Source of the DNA: Candidatus Saccharimonadales bacterium
GTDB taxonomy: Bacteria; Patescibacteriota; Saccharimonadia; Saccharimonadales; JACDFO01
Reading direction: 5' to 3'
NCBI GenBank assembly: GCA_038255465.1
Contig: JBBSLJ010000001.1
Location: forward strand, 54,274 to 118,273
Length of the DNA: 64,000 nt
The notes beneath the pieces were generated by a model that was given only the letters and a program-made list of their open reading frames with translations, did no database searches and was not told the DNA's origin. This document shows, one piece after another, positions 19,807 through 33,127 of this stretch. Each line of letters starts with the position of its first letter. The stretch's first letter is position 1. The position numbers were made by a program, and so were the translations under genes.

Positions 19807-20553
19807 TTGATGGAAGTTATATTATTTGGTCTGGTGAATTTTTTGGCGGCCGCACTTAGTGGCGCAGCCGGAGGTGGTGGCGGTTTAATTAGTGTTCCCT
19901 TTATGGTCGTACTAGGACTTTCTCCGGCTACAGCAATTGCGACAGCTAAGTTTGGAGGCTTTGGGATTTCAGCGGGCACAAGTGCTCGATTTTTTAAAGA
20001 AAAGATAACCAATAGAAGAACCGTATTATTATTATTATTAATCTTGGGGATATTCGGGGGCCTGAGCGGAAGCATGTTACTTGTCAGGTTCAGCGGCTAC
20101 GAGCAAGAGCTTGAAAAAATTATGGGCTTTATTATTTTGTTTGCGGGCATTCCGCTTTTGTATATCAGAAAAATGGGCATCAAAGCTAGACCCAAACCAT
20201 TGTATATAAAAGTCATCGGATCGGTACTGCTGGCCATAGGAGTGCTACTCCAGGCGGCTTTTGGTGCCGGAATCGGCTCCTTGCAACTGGTGATTCTAAT
20301 GGCTTTCTTTGGAATGACAGCCCTCACTGCAAGCGCAACCAGGCGGGCTATGCAGTTGGTGGTAGCAACCGTTAGTTTAATTGTTTTTATTACTGCCGGA
20401 CTAGTGGATTATAAGTTTGGTTTAATGGGTCTGGTGACATCATTTGTAGGCGGTTTTATTGGTGCGCACATAGCTGTTAAAAAGGGCAACAAATTCATAA
20501 TCAATCTATTTGCAATTACTAGTGCGATACTTGCATTGCAACTCATTTTATAA
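19807..20553 (+). CDS. TauE/SafE (TSUP) family membrane exporter
   Basis: GGGGGLISVP and AIATAK motifs, about 8 TM helices. Confidence 0.85.
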   Translation: MMEVILFGLVNFLAAALSGAAGGGGGLISVPFMVVLGLSPATAIATAKFGGFGISAGTSARFFKEKITNRRTVLLLLLILGIFGGLSGSMLLVRFSGYEQELEKIMGFIILFAGIPLLYIRKMGIKARPKPLYIKVIGSVLLAIGVLLQAAFGAGIGSLQLVILMAFFGMTALTASATRRAMQLVVATVSLIVFITAGLVDYKFGLMGLVTSFVGGFIGAHIAVKKGNKFIINLFAITSAILALQLIL

Positions 20554-20555
20554 CT

Positions 20556-20857
20556 TTAAACATCTAGGAAGACTACTACTTCATCAGCCTTAACGTGCAT
20601 TATGCCGCGCTGAATCGGAACCTTCTCTTCTCCTTGGTCGCTCCGTACAATGACCTCACCGGTATTAATGAGCGTCATGAAATTATGGTGCCTAGGCAGG
20701 ATATCGAACGGTCCGGTATCATTAACCGCTGAAATGCTCTGCGCAGCGCCGTCAAAATACACTTTAAATGGGGCATAAACCTTAACGCGCATATTTACGC
20801 CATCGCCGGCCTTGGTAGACTTTTTGTCTGCATCAGTCTTACTGCCTTGATTTGACA

Positions 20858-20858
<1 letters not shown>
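20556..20858 (-). CDS. atpC: F1 ATPase epsilon-like subunit (N-terminal beta-sandwich only)
   Basis: GPFDILPRHHNF corresponds to GxxGILxxH; last gene of atp cluster; no C-terminal helical hairpin. Confidence 0.75.
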
Positions 20859-23027
<2,169 letters not shown>

Positions 23028-23031
<4 letters not shown>

Positions 23032-24593
23032 TGTTTTGCCTCCGCTGTTTCTTTGGACTCAGCGGTCGAGCTTTCAGTATCAGAACCTTTGTCTGATTTG
23101 TCTTTATGTTTTTCATCTGTTTGTTTGACGTCAGTCGGTTCAGTTGGTGTCTCTGGCTTTGGCGCGCCTTTTAACTCAAGCACGCACTTGGTTTTTAACT
23201 GCTCTCGAACCGCGTCGTATTCTTCGTCTGCCGTAACTTTGACCGCAAAATCTTTGACGTTCAGCTTCATGGAACTGATGTCAAGCTGAGCTCCGTCCTC
23301 AAGGTTAAGCACAATATCAAGCATCAACTGCTGAGACATGAGCGAGAACGTATCGCCTGGGCTTTGCGTAAATAGCTCAAACAAGCGCTTACCGGTTTCA
23401 AGCGCACGTTTAGCTTCTAGTGCAAGTTCTGAACCGAAGTGTGAGAACTCTTCTGCCTGCCGGTAATCTGCCAGCAGTTTAAGCGTTTGGGCCGCTAAAG
23501 ACTTTTGGCGTTTATTATGGCCAACACCACCGGCACGAGTCACCGACAGGCCAATATTAACTGCCGGACGGACACCATTACGAAAGATGGCCATATCCAG
23601 AATCCACTGACCGTCTGTAATAGACATGACGTTTGTTGGCAAATAAGCGGTAATGTCACCGCCCGCGGCATTAATAATTGGTATGCTGGTTAGATGCTTC
23701 TGATTCCGATCAAGCCGGCCGGCTCGCTCAAGCAATGATGAGTGGGCATAGAACATATCACCTGGGTACGAGTCACGACCAGGGCTTATTCCAGACATAA
23801 GAGCTACCTCTCGGTAGGCATGGGCATGGGCGCTCAAATCATCATAAATAATAATCGTATCCTGGTCACATTGCTGCCACAAATACTCTGCCATGGCACA
23901 GCCAATATACGGTGCCAGATAGCTTGTCATTAATGATTCAAACATGGTACTAACAACTACAATTGCTTTTTCAAGGCCACCGTTTTCTTCAAGCCCTGAA
24001 AGTAGCATGTCAACGTCAGTCCGACGTTTTGCAATCAGCACGTAGACCACAATCTGGTCAGTGTTCTTTTGGTTTATAGTCAACTGGGTAGCTAATGTGC
24101 TTTTGCCTGACTTGCTGTCACCAAGTAGCGCCATACGTTGACCGCGCACAATCGGGAAAAGCGCGTCAATGGTGGTTACACCGCTTTCCAGCTGGTCACT
24201 CAAGAGCTTGCGCTCATACAATGGCGGGGCTTGGTTAAATACCGGCCAGACTGAATCTGGCGTAATTGGCCCTTTACCGTCCAGCGGCTCACCCATAATT
24301 GAAATTACGCGTCCAATATAATTCTTGCCTACTTTACAAACAAGCTCCTGGTGCTGAACAACTGCAATCTGGCCTATCTGTAATATGGTGCTTCCAAGAT
24401 GTAATACAACCACATGATTAGGCATTACCTGGCTGACGAAGCCCTTGCTACCATCATCAAACATAATGAGCGCATTGACCGTACACGGTTGAAGCCCGTG
24501 TACCTGCACCAAAAACTTGTCTACGGCAATAACTTCGCCGACTGGCTTGCCGGCTGCAACTAGCCCTAGGAACTGTTTGTTGTCAGAATTCAC
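23028..24593 (-). CDS. atpA: F1 ATPase alpha subunit (divergent)
   Basis: [51 protein letters not shown]. Confidence 0.92.
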
Positions 24594-25126
24594 TCGATGT
24601 CCTCTTGCGCAACCACGGGGCTTGGGTTTTTGGCACTGCGGATATTATCAATCAGAATCTGATGCTTGGCTTTGAGCGTAGTACGAAGACTGAAGTCATA
24701 GTATTTGTTTGTGGTACGCATCATAAAACCCGCGCCAATTGTAGGCTGCAAGCCGACCTGCAGCAAAATATGCGGATGAATGTTCTGACGCAAATACTCG
24801 GTCAACTTATGAATAAATGTCGTGCTGGGCTCAGTGCTAAAGCTCATATGAATTTCTGGTGCTTTTTCTAGAACTGCAGTCAGGAACTGAATGAGTGCCT
24901 TGCGCTCATTTTCTGTTAATAAGTTGACACTATTGGCAGTGACGAGCTCATCAATAATACGGGTTGTTTTTGGCAGCTTCAGCGCGGTTCCGGGTTGTCG
25001 AATAGCTGCTTGCTCTAAAAAATCATCAATAGCTGAAACCTCTTTAAGCAAACGGCCCACATCAACTTTGGTCACAATTGATATCGGCAATAAAGGCTGT
25101 TCTGACTTGCCGGCATCATGTTCCAT
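24590..25126 (-). CDS. atpH: F1 ATPase delta/OSCP-like subunit
   Basis: C-terminal [11 protein letters not shown]...YYDFSL resembles the delta C-domain; immediately upstream of alpha. Confidence 0.7.
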   Translation of the reverse strand: MEHDAGKSEQPLLPISIVTKVDVGRLLKEVSAIDDFLEQAAIRQPGTALKLPKTTRIIDELVTANSVNLLTENERKALIQFLTAVLEKAPEIHMSFSTEPSTTFIHKLTEYLRQNIHPHILLQVGLQPTIGAGFMMRTTNKYYDFSLRTTLKAKHQILIDNIRSAKNPSPVVAQEDIE

Positions 25127-25751
25127 CAGTTAAATCCCGGATTATGGCTGCTTTATTAGACTCAAGATTCCCAATAATAAAGCTCAACTGGTCATTCAGG
25201 TCTATTTGGTCACCAATTGCAGCCAACAGGTAATGGTTAACAATCTGCCCGAGATTCTCTTCAAAACGAGCGATAATGAGCGCCTTTTCTTTGTCTACCT
25301 CTGCCTGTAGCTGATCGCCCATAGCCTGCCGTTGTTGTTCGACAGCTTCTTGAGTTTTGGCAATTGCGTCAACGGCAAGTTGTTTTGCATCGCTAATGGA
25401 TTCTTCATACTTAGTAAATGCCTCTTTCAAGCTCAGTGTGATCTCTTGCTTCATGTATTCATTGAGTTCAGACGTGGTAAGCCTAAGATCTTGCTGCAGG
25501 AACATGGCATTATCACCTATAATCTTTTCAAAATGCAGACGACCGCGGTTACGTAGCTCTTCACGGAACTCTTCATTAAACACGTGTTCAACGTCTGCTT
25601 CAGCAGCCGCCACGGCATCACCCATCAAGTCAGGCTTGCCTTTACCGGGGCCATTGACCTTAAAGGCCACCCACACAAATGCAGCGGTACACGCCATGAT
25701 GCTGGCAATTATCAGAATAAGTCCGGTGATTGTCACTGTTTCTGGTCCCAC
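25116..25751 (-). CDS. single-TM coiled-coil protein, putative b-like peripheral stalk
   Basis: N-terminal TM followed by long acidic coiled coil; overlaps the delta start; first gene of the atp cluster. Confidence 0.55.
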   Translation of the reverse strand: MGPETVTITGLILIIASIMACTAAFVWVAFKVNGPGKGKPDLMGDAVAAAEADVEHVFNEEFREELRNRGRLHFEKIIGDNAMFLQQDLRLTTSELNEYMKQEITLSLKEAFTKYEESISDAKQLAVDAIAKTQEAVEQQRQAMGDQLQAEVDKEKALIIARFEENLGQIVNHYLLAAIGDQIDLNDQLSFIIGNLESNKAAIIRDLTDGT

Positions 25752-25767
25752 CTATTTAGTTTAAGCA

Positions 25768-26628
25768 TTACAACTTTAGTAGTAAATATACTCCAAAAAG
25801 CCCCAAAATGAAAACTATCAGCCCGAATAAGACCACTTGAAGCATGCCTCTCATGATTGGCTTTTTAGAAAGCGGGTTACGGCCAATAGAAATAATGCCG
25901 CTCTTAACACCGCCATACATCAATGTTCCGGCTACTATGGTGCTAATTACAAATATTGCCAGACCTAAATAAACCCGTGTTGTACTAACTTCTTTGCCGG
26001 CCACAGACTCAGCCAGTTTTTTGATTTGATCAGGCAGACCAGGATCAGGGGGTCCGTAGCTTGGATTACGCGAAACACTTATATCAGCCGACACACGGCC
26101 AATATTTACGCTACGGGATGCACCGGTACTGTCTTTGACTTCGGCCTTGCCGGCCACGTTGTCTTTGCCGTTAAAATCACTTAATGCACGTCCGACGACA
26201 TGTGACTCAGTCCGGCTGGCTCGCATACCAATACCGCTCAGTGATGATATGGCAATATAGTCACCGGCTTTTATCTCTCCTTCCTGGTCACTAACAAGCA
26301 CATCGTACTTGCCGCCTGTAGCAACAAATGCTTTTTGCCCTTCTGCGGACAGTGTTACAGGTGCATCGTTCGCATCTACCACAACACCGTGCATGCTATC
26401 CATTTCTTCATACGATAGTGATACGACCTTGGTGGTATCATCTTTTTTCAATCGCACGATCATGCCGCGTTGCAGTACTTCATCAGCGCCATAGCCCTGC
26501 GTAAATGCCGTTTGGGCACCGAGCGGGCTACCTGAACTCAAGCCAATCAGTAAAAGCAACGCCGACAGCGCCATTAGCCGCGGAAAAGAGAGTAGTTTCT
26601 TGATCTTTGTTTTACTGCTTACGTACAT
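25768..26628 (-). CDS. secreted/membrane protein with two C-terminal TM helices
   Basis: signal peptide, beta-rich middle domain (GEIKAGDYI.ISS..GIG), two TMs flanking SIGRNPL. Confidence 0.7.
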   Translation of the reverse strand: MYVSSKTKIKKLLSFPRLMALSALLLLIGLSSGSPLGAQTAFTQGYGADEVLQRGMIVRLKKDDTTKVVSLSYEEMDSMHGVVVDANDAPVTLSAEGQKAFVATGGKYDVLVSDQEGEIKAGDYIAISSLSGIGMRASRTESHVVGRALSDFNGKDNVAGKAEVKDSTGASRSVNIGRVSADISVSRNPSYGPPDPGLPDQIKKLAESVAGKEVSTTRVYLGLAIFVISTIVAGTLMYGGVKSGIISIGRNPLSKKPIMRGMLQVVLFGLIVFILGLFGVYLLLKL

Positions 26629-26669
26629 TTTTGTACCTTCTGGACGTAAGTATAGCGTAAGCAGTACGA

Positions 26670-27803
26670 CTAGACAATCATTTTTGCCAACATATCGACA
26701 GTTGTCGTCACATCCTTTTCGGTCGTTGATCGGCCCATCGTAAACCGCAGTGAACTTTGGGCCTGCTCGTCGCTTAAACCAATTGCTTTTAATACATGTG
26801 ACGGTTCGTCACTACTAGCGCTGCAGGCCGAGCCTGATGCACAAATGATGCCCACTTCATCAAGCTGCATCATCAGCCGCTCATTATCCCATCCCGGAAT
26901 CCTGATATGGATAGTGCCCGGGATGACCTGTCTAGAAGCTGTAGTCAGTTCTGCAACCGGCACATTTTGTCGTAGTTGATCAATAAACAAATTTCGTAAA
27001 CTGCTAAGTCGTTTGCTCTCCTCGTGACGGATGGCTTGAGCTGAGCTCAGCGCTTCGGCAAAGCCGACAATACTGGCTGGGTTCTCGGTACCACTTCGTA
27101 CATTACGCTCTTGCCCACCCCCTAAAATTTGAGGAATGAGGCTTATGCCGGCTTTTACGTATAAAGCGCCCGACTGTTTCGGACCATATAGTTTACCAGC
27201 GTTCAATGTCATCATATCAACCCCCAGTTTATCGGCTAAAAGGTGCAGATAGTTGCCGGCTTGACAGGCATCTGTGTGGAAATAAAGCGGCAACTCATTG
27301 CCCGTTTTTTGACGCTCACGCCTGACTTCTCGTATTAACTTGGAAATTTCAGCCAACGGCTGGATCGTGCCGAGTTCGTTATTGACATACATAACGCTTA
27401 CCAGCACTGTCTGACTATCTAATGATTTCTTAACGGTTTCTACGTCCACTGTACCCGCAGGTAAAGCTGGTAATTCGTGATAATCATAGCGACGGGCGGG
27501 TTCAAGCACAGAATCGTGTTCAATCGAGCCGATGAGAACTCGAGAGTCGGGATAGTTTTGCATAATGCCGTTAATGGCTAGATTATTGGCTTCAGTACCC
27601 CCGGCTGTAAACACAACCTCACCTGGCCGAACGCCAAGAACTTGAGCTGTCGTAACTCGTGCCGCTTCTATATCTTTTTTAACTTCTTTAGCAGCTAAAT
27701 AGCCGGCCGAGGCGTTAAAATATCGGTCCGTTACATATGGCAGCATAGCCGCATATACCTCAGGCGCCAGTGGCGTTGCTGCGGCATGATCAAGATAAAT
27801 CAT
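26670..27803 (-). CDS. iscS: cysteine desulfurase (IscS/NifS family)
   Basis: YLDHAAATP, FTAGGTEANN, HTDACQ, PLP lysine in AGKLYGP, catalytic SGSAC. Confidence 0.92.
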   Translation of the reverse strand: MIYLDHAAATPLAPEVYAAMLPYVTDRYFNASAGYLAAKEVKKDIEAARVTTAQVLGVRPGEVVFTAGGTEANNLAINGIMQNYPDSRVLIGSIEHDSVLEPARRYDYHELPALPAGTVDVETVKKSLDSQTVLVSVMYVNNELGTIQPLAEISKLIREVRRERQKTGNELPLYFHTDACQAGNYLHLLADKLGVDMMTLNAGKLYGPKQSGALYVKAGISLIPQILGGGQERNVRSGTENPASIVGFAEALSSAQAIRHEESKRLSSLRNLFIDQLRQNVPVAELTTASRQVIPGTIHIRIPGWDNERLMMQLDEVGIICASGSACSASSDEPSHVLKAIGLSDEQAQSSLRFTMGRSTTEKDVTTTVDMLAKMIV

Positions 27804-27806
27804 ATT

Positions 27807-28172
27807 CTACGCGAAAGAATAAAGTTCGGTTTCTACCCGTTGTTGGTACAGCTTAGCGGCTTCGTAGAGTTTCGTGGCTTCTTCCGGCTTTACTGCCTGA
27901 TACTGCCCATCCTGCGCTTTTAAAATACCATTCGGTCGCACGTCATAGCGAGTAGTTCGAATCTGTTGCTGACCGTTTTTATCAGTCCACTCTTCGTGCC
28001 ATACCCAGGTATGCTCATCAAGACAAAAGAATTCCCTATGAACGCCAGACTGGACAGGGCCAAATAGCTGTCCACCAATTTTTGCTTCATGGCGAATCAA
28101 ATTACGATATAAATCTGCACGGCGGTCTTCGTCGCGCTGACTAGTAATATTTTTAAGCAGTTTTTTAAACAT
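27807..28172 (-). CDS. conserved-looking hypothetical protein
   Basis: 121 aa, REFFCLDEHTWVWHE; tightly packed in the operon with iscS. Confidence 0.7.
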   Translation of the reverse strand: MFKKLLKNITSQRDEDRRADLYRNLIRHEAKIGGQLFGPVQSGVHREFFCLDEHTWVWHEEWTDKNGQQQIRTTRYDVRPNGILKAQDGQYQAVKPEEATKLYEAAKLYQQRVETELYSFA

Positions 28173-28542
28173 TGCTTAAATACTCCTCTAATAATGGACT
28201 ATTGCCCAGGCCTTGTTGTGCCGCCTCAACCGCTTGGCGCGCCCGATACTCACCTAGATCAGTTATTGTGGCTAGGTTTTCTTTACTCATATGCAGCTGG
28301 CCTGCTGCTGGCTGCAAGTTTGCTGTTACCTGTTCGTCAAACGCCTCAGCAGGGCTGCGCTGGCGATATTGATCCATACTAACAACGTTTGTTGCCGGTG
28401 CGGCCTCAATTGCTACATGCGGACGGATGTTTGCAACGCCATGAGCAATAATAGCCTTTCTGCCTATGGCTAAAACCTCGGGGCTCCCCGGGCGTAAGAA
28501 TTCTATACCAGATGGTGGTGGTGTGTTTTTAGGATGACTCAT
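28165..28542 (-). CDS. hypothetical protein
   Basis: 125 aa; overlaps both neighbours (translational coupling). Confidence 0.6.
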   Translation of the reverse strand: MSHPKNTPPPSGIEFLRPGSPEVLAIGRKAIIAHGVANIRPHVAIEAAPATNVVSMDQYRQRSPAEAFDEQVTANLQPAAGQLHMSKENLATITDLGEYRARQAVEAAQQGLGNSPLLEEYLSNV

Positions 28543-29309
28543 AGTTTAAATAACCGTTTTGCATTTGCTGTCGTTGCAGCTCCTAGCACTTCAAGGTCTT
28601 CACCTCTCAGTTTACTCAAGAACTCCGCAATGACACGCACATGCTTTGGCTGACAGATTGTACCACGAAAAGGCACAGGGGTCAAGTACGGCGCGTCCGT
28701 TTCTAGTAATAACCTGTCGAGTGGGATTGCTTTAGCAGCCTCTAGCTGAGCACTATTTTTTGTAAACGTCATGATTCCGTTCAGGCCTATATAGAGGCCT
28801 CTTGAGATGCTTTCCTCTACTTCCTTTAAAGTAGCAGTAAAGCTGTGTATAACGCCTGTTAACCCTTGATATTCATCAAAAATAGGCCAGAAGTCATCAA
28901 AAGCATCGCGGACATGAAAAATTAGCGGTAAATTGTGTTCTACGGCAAGATCCAACTGGAACCTTAAGAGTTTTTGTTGATCACTTTTTGACGAGTTTTC
29001 ATAGTAATAATCCAGGCCTGTTTCACCTATTGCTATTACTTTAGGGTTCGAGGCTAAACCGCGAAATTTTTGCAAACTCTCGTGATCATCTACATATATG
29101 CTGCCTTCGTGGGGATGCAAGCCAATACTGGCCCATACATTGTCATGCGATTTGGCATAGGTTACTGCCTCTTGGCTGTCAGGCAATGTACATCCAACAC
29201 AAATAAGTCTGGTTACACCGTCTTGGGTCGCAGCATCTCTAACCTCGTCAGGGTCGAGTGAATAATCGGGAAAGTGGATATGGCAATGCGTGTCTACTAG
29301 TTCTATCAC
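28539..29309 (-). CDS. tatD: TatD family nuclease
   Basis: DTHCH, GLHP, IGETGLDY, HVR, HSF, LLETDAPY. Confidence 0.95.
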   Translation of the reverse strand: MIELVDTHCHIHFPDYSLDPDEVRDAATQDGVTRLICVGCTLPDSQEAVTYAKSHDNVWASIGLHPHEGSIYVDDHESLQKFRGLASNPKVIAIGETGLDYYYENSSKSDQQKLLRFQLDLAVEHNLPLIFHVRDAFDDFWPIFDEYQGLTGVIHSFTATLKEVEESISRGLYIGLNGIMTFTKNSAQLEAAKAIPLDRLLLETDAPYLTPVPFRGTICQPKHVRVIAEFLSKLRGEDLEVLGAATTANAKRLFKL

Positions 29310-29897
29310 TTAGTTTATTGTAACCTGCTCATACAACCCGTGATCAACAATAAACTGCCCGATTTGCGGACTTACCAGACCATCAATAGGCTGAGCAGTT
29401 CTAAACAGTTCACGAACTGCTGTTGACGACACGTTAACCTCTGCATTTTTGACCTGAAGATGCCTAATTGTTGCGCTCTTCGGAGGCATATGATAACCAG
29501 CACGTGCTACCAGCAACATTCCTAAGGATTTTTTTAACTCCTGACCGCACTCCCATGTATGCATCATTTCATAACTGTCGGCACCGTACACAAACCAAAA
29601 GCGGTTGTCTGGATACGCTTCTTCCAGTGCCCTTACGGTTGTACATGATTTAGTCGGCCTAGGCAATGTAAGCTCAAAATCAGAAACTTTTAGCGTAGGA
29701 AGCCAATATTTTTGTCTGATCAGGTCAAGCATTTCGATTCTGATTTCATCTGATCGCATGCCGGGTTTATCGGTACGTACACCGGATGGCATTAGCCAAA
29801 TTTCGTCAATATCATTTTGCTCAAGGCACGCGTCAATAATTGCCTCGTGTGCAACTGTTGGTGGATCAAACGTTCCTCCAAATATAGCTATTTCCAT
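29310..29897 (-). CDS. nadD: nicotinate-nucleotide adenylyltransferase
   Basis: FGGTFDPPTVAH (T/HxxH), GADS, VSSTAVR. Confidence 0.88.
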   Translation of the reverse strand: MEIAIFGGTFDPPTVAHEAIIDACLEQNDIDEIWLMPSGVRTDKPGMRSDEIRIEMLDLIRQKYWLPTLKVSDFELTLPRPTKSCTTVRALEEAYPDNRFWFVYGADSYEMMHTWECGQELKKSLGMLLVARAGYHMPPKSATIRHLQVKNAEVNVSSTAVRELFRTAQPIDGLVSPQIGQFIVDHGLYEQVTIN

Positions 29898-29911
29898 ATT
29901 TGCTCCAGTTA

Positions 29912-29932
29912 TTAGTGTATTATTGACACTTA
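29912..29932. promoter_or_regulatory. NrtR-type operator 1 (nadD/nadE divergon)
   Basis: ttagtGTattattgACactta; 21-bp palindrome with GT-N7-AC core. Confidence 0.75.
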
Positions 29933-29960
29933 CTAGTGAGTAGCGTACTATGGTGTTATG

Positions 29961-29981
29961 TAATTGTCAATTAAACACTAA
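29961..29981. promoter_or_regulatory. NrtR-type operator 2 (nadD/nadE divergon)
   Basis: taattGTcaattaaACactaa; GT-N7-AC core. Confidence 0.68.
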
Positions 29982-29995
29982 GTTAAGGAACACAC

Positions 29996-31903
29996 ATGGA
30001 ATTATTCAACCCAGCCGACAGCTATATACGCCTTGCTACTGCCTGCCCTGAGGTATCAGTTGCCGACGTTAAGACGAATATTGTGGCCATTAGTGAGCTC
30101 TATGCCCAGGCCTCACAAGATGGGGCCGCCCTGATTGTCTTTCCTGAATTAAGCATCACTGGTTATTCGCTTGGTGATTTGGTGCAGCAAAATGCTTTGT
30201 TGTTACAAGCCGAAAAGGGCTTAGGCGAGTTAGCCGCTGCCAGCAAAAATTCTGACACTGCGATGGTGGTTGGCCTGCCCCTACGGGTAAGCAATAGTCT
30301 ATACAACTGCGCCGCTGTAATTGCAAAAGGCGAAATTAAAGGAATTGTTCCAAAACAAAATTTGCCGGCAAGCGGTGAATTTTACGAAAAACGTTGGTAT
30401 AAAACCTGGGATCAACCCACCACTACGCTTACTATTGACGGCAAGAATGTACCTTTTGGAAACGACCTTTTGTTTGACGTTGGCGGAGTCAAAACCGGTG
30501 TAGAGGTTTGCGAAGATTTATGGGTACTTAATGCGCCCCATATTGATCAAGTTAATAACGGGGCGCTGGTAATCGCAAACCCTTCCGCCTCACCCGAGTT
30601 GGTTGCCAAGGCCGCTTATCGACGCGACCTTGTCCGTATTGATTCAGCGAAAATGATTGGCGCCTATGTCTATGCAGGGTGCGATTGGACTGAGTCAACA
30701 ACCGATGTTGTTATGAGCGGACATCAGATTATTGCCGCAAGCGGCCGGATTGTGGCCGAGCGTAGACCATTCCAGCCAAATACTCGAGTTATGATGGCCG
30801 ATATCGACATCGACCACTTGCGACACGACCGTTTGCGCGATACCAATTTTGTTAATAAGCTGGGCAGCACCGTTGTTCAGGTTACCGTCGAGCGGCCAGA
30901 GATTGAACCTGCGGCGGATATCAATCCGCACCCATTCCTACCTGGTGGAGAAACGAATGAACAGCACGCTGAACGGCTGCAGTCGATTATTGACATCCAG
31001 GCGCACGGCTTGGCGCGTAGGATTAAACAGAAAGGTTTACGTACGATACATCTAGGGCTTTCAGGAGGACTCGATTCAACCTTGGCGTTTCTAGTTGGAG
31101 TCCGGGCTGCCGAAATTGTTGGCGAGGAGCCCAAAAGTATCCTCAAAACCTATACAATGCCCGGCGAGGCAAGTTCAGACCGTACCCAAACAAATGCCGT
31201 CAAACTGGCTAAGCTCTACGGTATCGATAACGAGGTTGTTCCAATTGGTGAGCTAACCAATAAAATGCTGGAGGCTCTTAGGCACACCGGCGAGCAAGAT
31301 ATAACCTATGAAAACGCCCAGGCCAGGACGCGAACTACATTTTTGTATAACAAAGCCAACCAACTTGGGGGCATAGTACTTGGAACCGGAGACTTAAGCG
31401 AAATTGCGCTTGGCTGGTGCACTTTTAACGCCGATCAATCCAGCCATTATCATGTCAATGCCGGCGTACCAAAAACTCTGGTTCAGCACCTGGTACAGCA
31501 TGTTGCAACGACTACTTTAGATAGCCAGGCAAGGACCGTGCTGCAAGATATACTGGACACACCAGTGTCACCAGAGCTGGTAAGCGAAAAAGACGGACAG
31601 ATTAGTCAAAAAACCGAGGACATAATCGGACCGTATGAGCTGCATGACTTCTTTTTGTATCAGTTGATTCGCTGGGGTGACACGCCGGCTAAAGTCCAAT
31701 GCTTAGCAGAAAAAGCGTTTCAGGACTCATATGAACCTGAAGAAATCAGCAAATGGTTACAGGTCTTTACGACTAGGTTTATATTTAGTCAGTTCAAGCG
31801 CTCAGTGATGCCTGACGGCGTCAAAGTCGGCAGCATTGCTTTAAGCCCGCGCGGCGACTGGCGCATGCCGTCTGATCTATATAACACGGCCGTTTGGCAG
31901 TAG
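29996..31903 (+). CDS. nadE: glutamine-dependent NAD+ synthetase
   Basis: nitrilase domain (FPEL, PK, EVCEDLW) fused to synthetase domain (GLSGGLDST, ENAQAR, FKRS.MPDG.KVG..LSPRGDWRMPSD). Confidence 0.96.
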   Translation: MELFNPADSYIRLATACPEVSVADVKTNIVAISELYAQASQDGAALIVFPELSITGYSLGDLVQQNALLLQAEKGLGELAAASKNSDTAMVVGLPLRVSNSLYNCAAVIAKGEIKGIVPKQNLPASGEFYEKRWYKTWDQPTTTLTIDGKNVPFGNDLLFDVGGVKTGVEVCEDLWVLNAPHIDQVNNGALVIANPSASPELVAKAAYRRDLVRIDSAKMIGAYVYAGCDWTESTTDVVMSGHQIIAASGRIVAERRPFQPNTRVMMADIDIDHLRHDRLRDTNFVNKLGSTVVQVTVERPEIEPAADINPHPFLPGGETNEQHAERLQSIIDIQAHGLARRIKQKGLRTIHLGLSGGLDSTLAFLVGVRAAEIVGEEPKSILKTYTMPGEASSDRTQTNAVKLAKLYGIDNEVVPIGELTNKMLEALRHTGEQDITYENAQARTRTTFLYNKANQLGGIVLGTGDLSEIALGWCTFNADQSSHYHVNAGVPKTLVQHLVQHVATTTLDSQARTVLQDILDTPVSPELVSEKDGQISQKTEDIIGPYELHDFFLYQLIRWGDTPAKVQCLAEKAFQDSYEPEEISKWLQVFTTRFIFSQFKRSVMPDGVKVGSIALSPRGDWRMPSDLYNTAVWQ

Positions 31904-31922
31904 ATAGTGTAAGATAAGGAAT

Positions 31923-32600
31923 ATGTACAAAGGTGAATATAACCCACCGATTCTAACGGTTGACACTGTTATTCTTCAGTTGATTGACAATGAGTTATTT
32001 GTTTTGTTGATACAACGTCAAAATGAGCCGTTTAAGGGCACATGGGCACTACCGGGCGCTTATAATGCTGCAGGTGAAACAACTAAAGGTGCCATGACTA
32101 GGATGCTAAAAGCTAAGGGCGGAGTCGAGATCAATGATCTTCGACTGGTTGAGCAGCTCTATACTTTTGATACGGTGGCTCGTGATCCGCGCGGCCATGC
32201 TGTTTCAGTCACCTATATGGGGCTTGGTAAGGATATTGTACCGAAAGCCAGCAAAACTACGCAGGATCCGCAGTTCTTCCCTGTTAAGATTCTCCCAAAA
32301 TTAGCCTATGATCATAAAGATATCATTGGCTATGCGCATGAGCGACTGCAATCTAAAGTAACATACACTAACGCGGTTTTTGCCTTGCTTGATCCTTTCT
32401 TTACGTTGTCTCAATTGCAAAGCGCATATGAAGCAATTTTATGTAGAGAACTTGATAAAAGAAACTTCCGTAAAAAGTTTTTAAGCCTTGATCTTATACA
32501 TGCCACTAGTGAGATGCAGCGCGAAGGCGCTCATCGTCCGGCGCGTCTTTATACCTTTAATAGTCACGAGCTAGAAAGTTTGTCTAGGAGTTTTGATTAG
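31923..32600 (+). CDS. nrtR: NrtR-family Nudix-wHTH transcriptional regulator
   Basis: Nudix-like N-domain with degenerate box (WALPG, RDPR, LAYDH) + wHTH (FTLSQLQ..YE, DKRNFRKK, RPARLY). Confidence 0.92.
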   Translation: MYKGEYNPPILTVDTVILQLIDNELFVLLIQRQNEPFKGTWALPGAYNAAGETTKGAMTRMLKAKGGVEINDLRLVEQLYTFDTVARDPRGHAVSVTYMGLGKDIVPKASKTTQDPQFFPVKILPKLAYDHKDIIGYAHERLQSKVTYTNAVFALLDPFFTLSQLQSAYEAILCRELDKRNFRKKFLSLDLIHATSEMQREGAHRPARLYTFNSHELESLSRSFD

Positions 32601-33114
32601 CCATCAAGACTGAAAAAGCAGCCAGAACTCCAGTTCTGTATAGCTCTTCAGCTGGTAATCGACCGTCCGTCATAACACCAGAGCAATCACGGTCGATAAC
32701 TGTATGAGTTTTGTAAAGTTCTGCTACCGCATCGCTCATTTCAAGCCCGCTTTGTTCCATAAGAGTTTTCACTTTATCTGGCACAAAATGGGCCGGTGTA
32801 GTGCCGTAGCAATGATTGCCTGTGTCAACATCAATCACACAGACCCAGCCTAAGTTAAACCAGCCTTCGGGCATTACTTTTATGCCACCCTCCATACCAA
32901 CCGCGTATCTGGCAGAAGGCTTGTAACTTATGACATTCCGGGCACGGTTGTGCGCACCCATAATCATTTCTTCATCACTCATGGGTTGATCAGACACAGC
33001 GGATTTGGTGGCGAAGCCCATGATTTTTGTTTGCCCCAAATATAATTCAGGAACAGCAAGCCGCACCGCTTCTAGTTTTGTAGGGTTTTGAGATCCAACA
33101 GCGACTTCAATCAT
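32584..33114 (-). CDS. yjjX: inosine/xanthosine triphosphatase (YjjX/DUF84 family)
   Basis: VGSQNPTKLEAV, SAVSDQP, GA.NRA, GMEGG. Confidence 0.85.
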   Translation of the reverse strand: MIEVAVGSQNPTKLEAVRLAVPELYLGQTKIMGFATKSAVSDQPMSDEEMIMGAHNRARNVISYKPSARYAVGMEGGIKVMPEGWFNLGWVCVIDVDTGNHCYGTTPAHFVPDKVKTLMEQSGLEMSDAVAELYKTHTVIDRDCSGVMTDGRLPAEELYRTGVLAAFSVLMANQNS

Positions 33115-33127
33115 AATCCGACTCCTA